Position numbers and translations under genes: made by a program. This document shows, piece after piece, positions 27,808 through 29,374 of a DNA stretch of 29,374 nucleotides. Below the pieces are notes generated by a model. That model was not told the DNA's origin. It did no database searches and saw only the letters and a list, made by a program, of their open reading frames with translations. Source of the DNA: Verrucomicrobiales bacterium. Lineage in GTDB: Bacteria > Verrucomicrobiota > Verrucomicrobiia > Verrucomicrobiales > SLCJ01. Where the stretch lies: assembly GCA_007125835.1 (NCBI GenBank), contig SLCJ01000140.1, positions 1-29,374 on the forward strand. The letters run 5' to 3'. Numbering within the stretch: position 1 is the first letter of the stretch; every line of letters begins with the position of its first letter.

Positions 27808-27875
27808 CCGAGAATTCTCGGCCTGGCCAAGAATTTTGGTTACACATATGTATAATGGCCAGGCCGATTTTTTTT
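27808..27875. repeat. Nested inverted repeats between the Nudix gene and the transposase
   Basis: Palindrome CCGAGAATTCTCGG (27808-27821); 12-bp IR TCGGCCTGGCCA (27818-27829) / TGGCCAGGCCGA (27856-27867) with a 26-nt loop holding near-palindromic TTACACATATGTATAA and TATAAT; T8 follows. Confidence 0.75.
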
Positions 27876-27910
27876 GATTGCGTTTTTTGGTTGTGGGGGT
27901 ATTTTGTGGC

Positions 27911-28918
27911 ATGCTAAGGCCGAGAGCGCTTGCCGAGCCCGGGCGGCCGGGGTTGTATCACGTGTGTTCGCGGGTCGTGGACCGGCGGGTGATTTTTGGT
28001 GGGCGTGAGCGGCGCAAGTTCATGGGCATGATCAAAGGCGGGGCCGTATTCGCTGGTGTGGAGGTGGTGAGTTGGTGCCTGATGGGCAACCACTTTCACC
28101 TTCTGGTGCGGATATCCCCTCTGGATCCGGAATCCCTGAGTGACGAGGAGGTGCTTGCACGCATGGAGCACATCTACCCCCCTACCAAGATGCGCCACTT
28201 CCGCGGGGTTTGGGACCGGATGGAGAGTGAGGAATCACGGAAAGTCTATCTTGCCCGCTTCCGCGCAAGGATGGGCAGATTGAGTGAGTTTGTGAAGACC
28301 CTCAAGCAGCGTTTTACGCAGTGGTTCAACCGGCGCACCAATCGCGAGGGCACGCTCTGGGAGGGGCGTTTCTTCAGCGTCATGCTGGCGCACAATGAGA
28401 GTGGGGACGGTGCCGGTCTCGGCGTTCTGGCCCGCTTTGTGGCGGGGTATATTGACCTGAATCCAGTTCGCGCCAAGGTGACTCACCACGCCGGCGACAG
28501 CAGTTGGAGCAGTTATGGTGCGGCTCTTCGGGGCGACAACGAGGCCCTTGAGGGCATGAAGGCGCTGTGGGGCCGGGATGCCACCGAGGATCTTGATGCC
28601 GCAGGGCTTGCAGCCATGCACGGACGAATGCTTGAGCGCGCTCTTTTTCGAGACACACAAGGTGCCGATGCCGGAAGCAGTCAGCCGATTTCAGAGTCCG
28701 GGGAGACCGCTCAAACCAGTCGGCGGCCGCGGTCAGACCCCGGCAGTCCGAGCGGGCCGCGAAGCGACAAGGAGTCGAGGGTGTCCTCTTTGGAGCCTGG
28801 GGAATGGGCTGAAGATCGTGTCGAGTCACGTTTATTCGCCCGGATGGGAATGCGATGCGAAGCCCTCACCCGGCGAAGGGTTTTGGGTCAAGGTTGGGTG
28901 AGAAGCCAAATCGAGTGA
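27911..28918 (+). mobile_element. REP-associated tyrosine transposase (RAYT, Y1/HUH family), apparently intact
   Basis: YHVCSR, WCLMGNHFHLL (HUH), LKQRFTQWFNR, GTLWEGRF, YIDLNPVRA (candidate catalytic Tyr), WSSY. Likely start ATG 27911. Confidence 0.9.
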
Positions 28919-29092
28919 GAAGCCTGCAGGCGGAGGCTGTTCACGGAGTCATGGAAATGGGGCGACGATTCCAGGCGCTGGCAGAGACAACGCTTAGCGA
29001 AAAAAAGGAGAGATCAGCGAGCAAACAGTCGATCCGTGGTTTGCCCGATTTGCTCCGCCCGCCATACATCATACCTCTATCTCGCAAAAATC

Positions 29093-29374
29093 TCAGGTGC
29101 CACAGAATGTCCGATAGCCAGGATCCTGGCGGGCGGGCGGAGCTGCATACTCTTCCCTCTCCGGCTGCTCCTCAAAGGGGTTGGCCAGGACCTCTACCAA
29201 ATCCTCGACACTCATCATGTTGCCGTCCTGAGCATCGTCGAGTGCCCGCTCCACGATATGATTGCGGGGAATGTATACGGGGTTGTGTCGGCGCATCAGG
29301 CTGACGGACTCCGCGGCGTCCTCCCCCTGCTGGGAAAGTCTGCCACGCCAGGCCTGAAGCCAGGAATCGGGCAC
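29093..29374 (-). CDS. selO: SelO/YdiU protein adenylyltransferase, C-terminal part (partial)
   Basis: MRRHNPVYIPRNHIVERAL...LANPF...YRTFCGT*. Confidence 0.92.
   Translation of the reverse strand: MPDSWLQAWRGRLSQQGEDAAESVSLMRRHNPVYIPRNHIVERALDDAQDGNMMSVEDLVEVLANPFEEQPEREEYAAPPARQDPGYRTFCGT

Overview
GC-rich bacterial chromosomal window. Sequence style (L28, RHS type, Y1 transposase type, HELCxP kinase) suggests Verrucomicrobiota, which is an inference. Most of it is housekeeping: queA, CBS-type ppaC, frr, pyrH, cysteine desulfurase, LOG-family protein, rpmB, ribE, lnt, Na/Pi cotransporter, glnII, ilvD, a Nudix hydrolase and partial selO. The accessory parts are: (i) a translationally coupled pair of secreted proteins at the left edge, the second missed by the ORF track; (ii) a Cpx-like module of exported 4-EF-hand protein <- -> OmpR-family regulator, histidine kinase and beta-barrel, with similar GTAAA boxes upstream of both flanking genes; (iii) a decayed islet after tRNA-His containing a start-less, frameshifted RHS fragment with an 87-bp double-hairpin insert, a GTAG-type REP doublet, a Y1/HUH transposase remnant truncated exactly at that doublet, and a MerR-like gene; (iv) a repeat patchwork and a sigma-54 promoter between glnII and ilvD; (v) an apparently intact RAYT-like transposase behind nested inverted repeats. 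All family calls come from motif recognition by eye, not from database searches.
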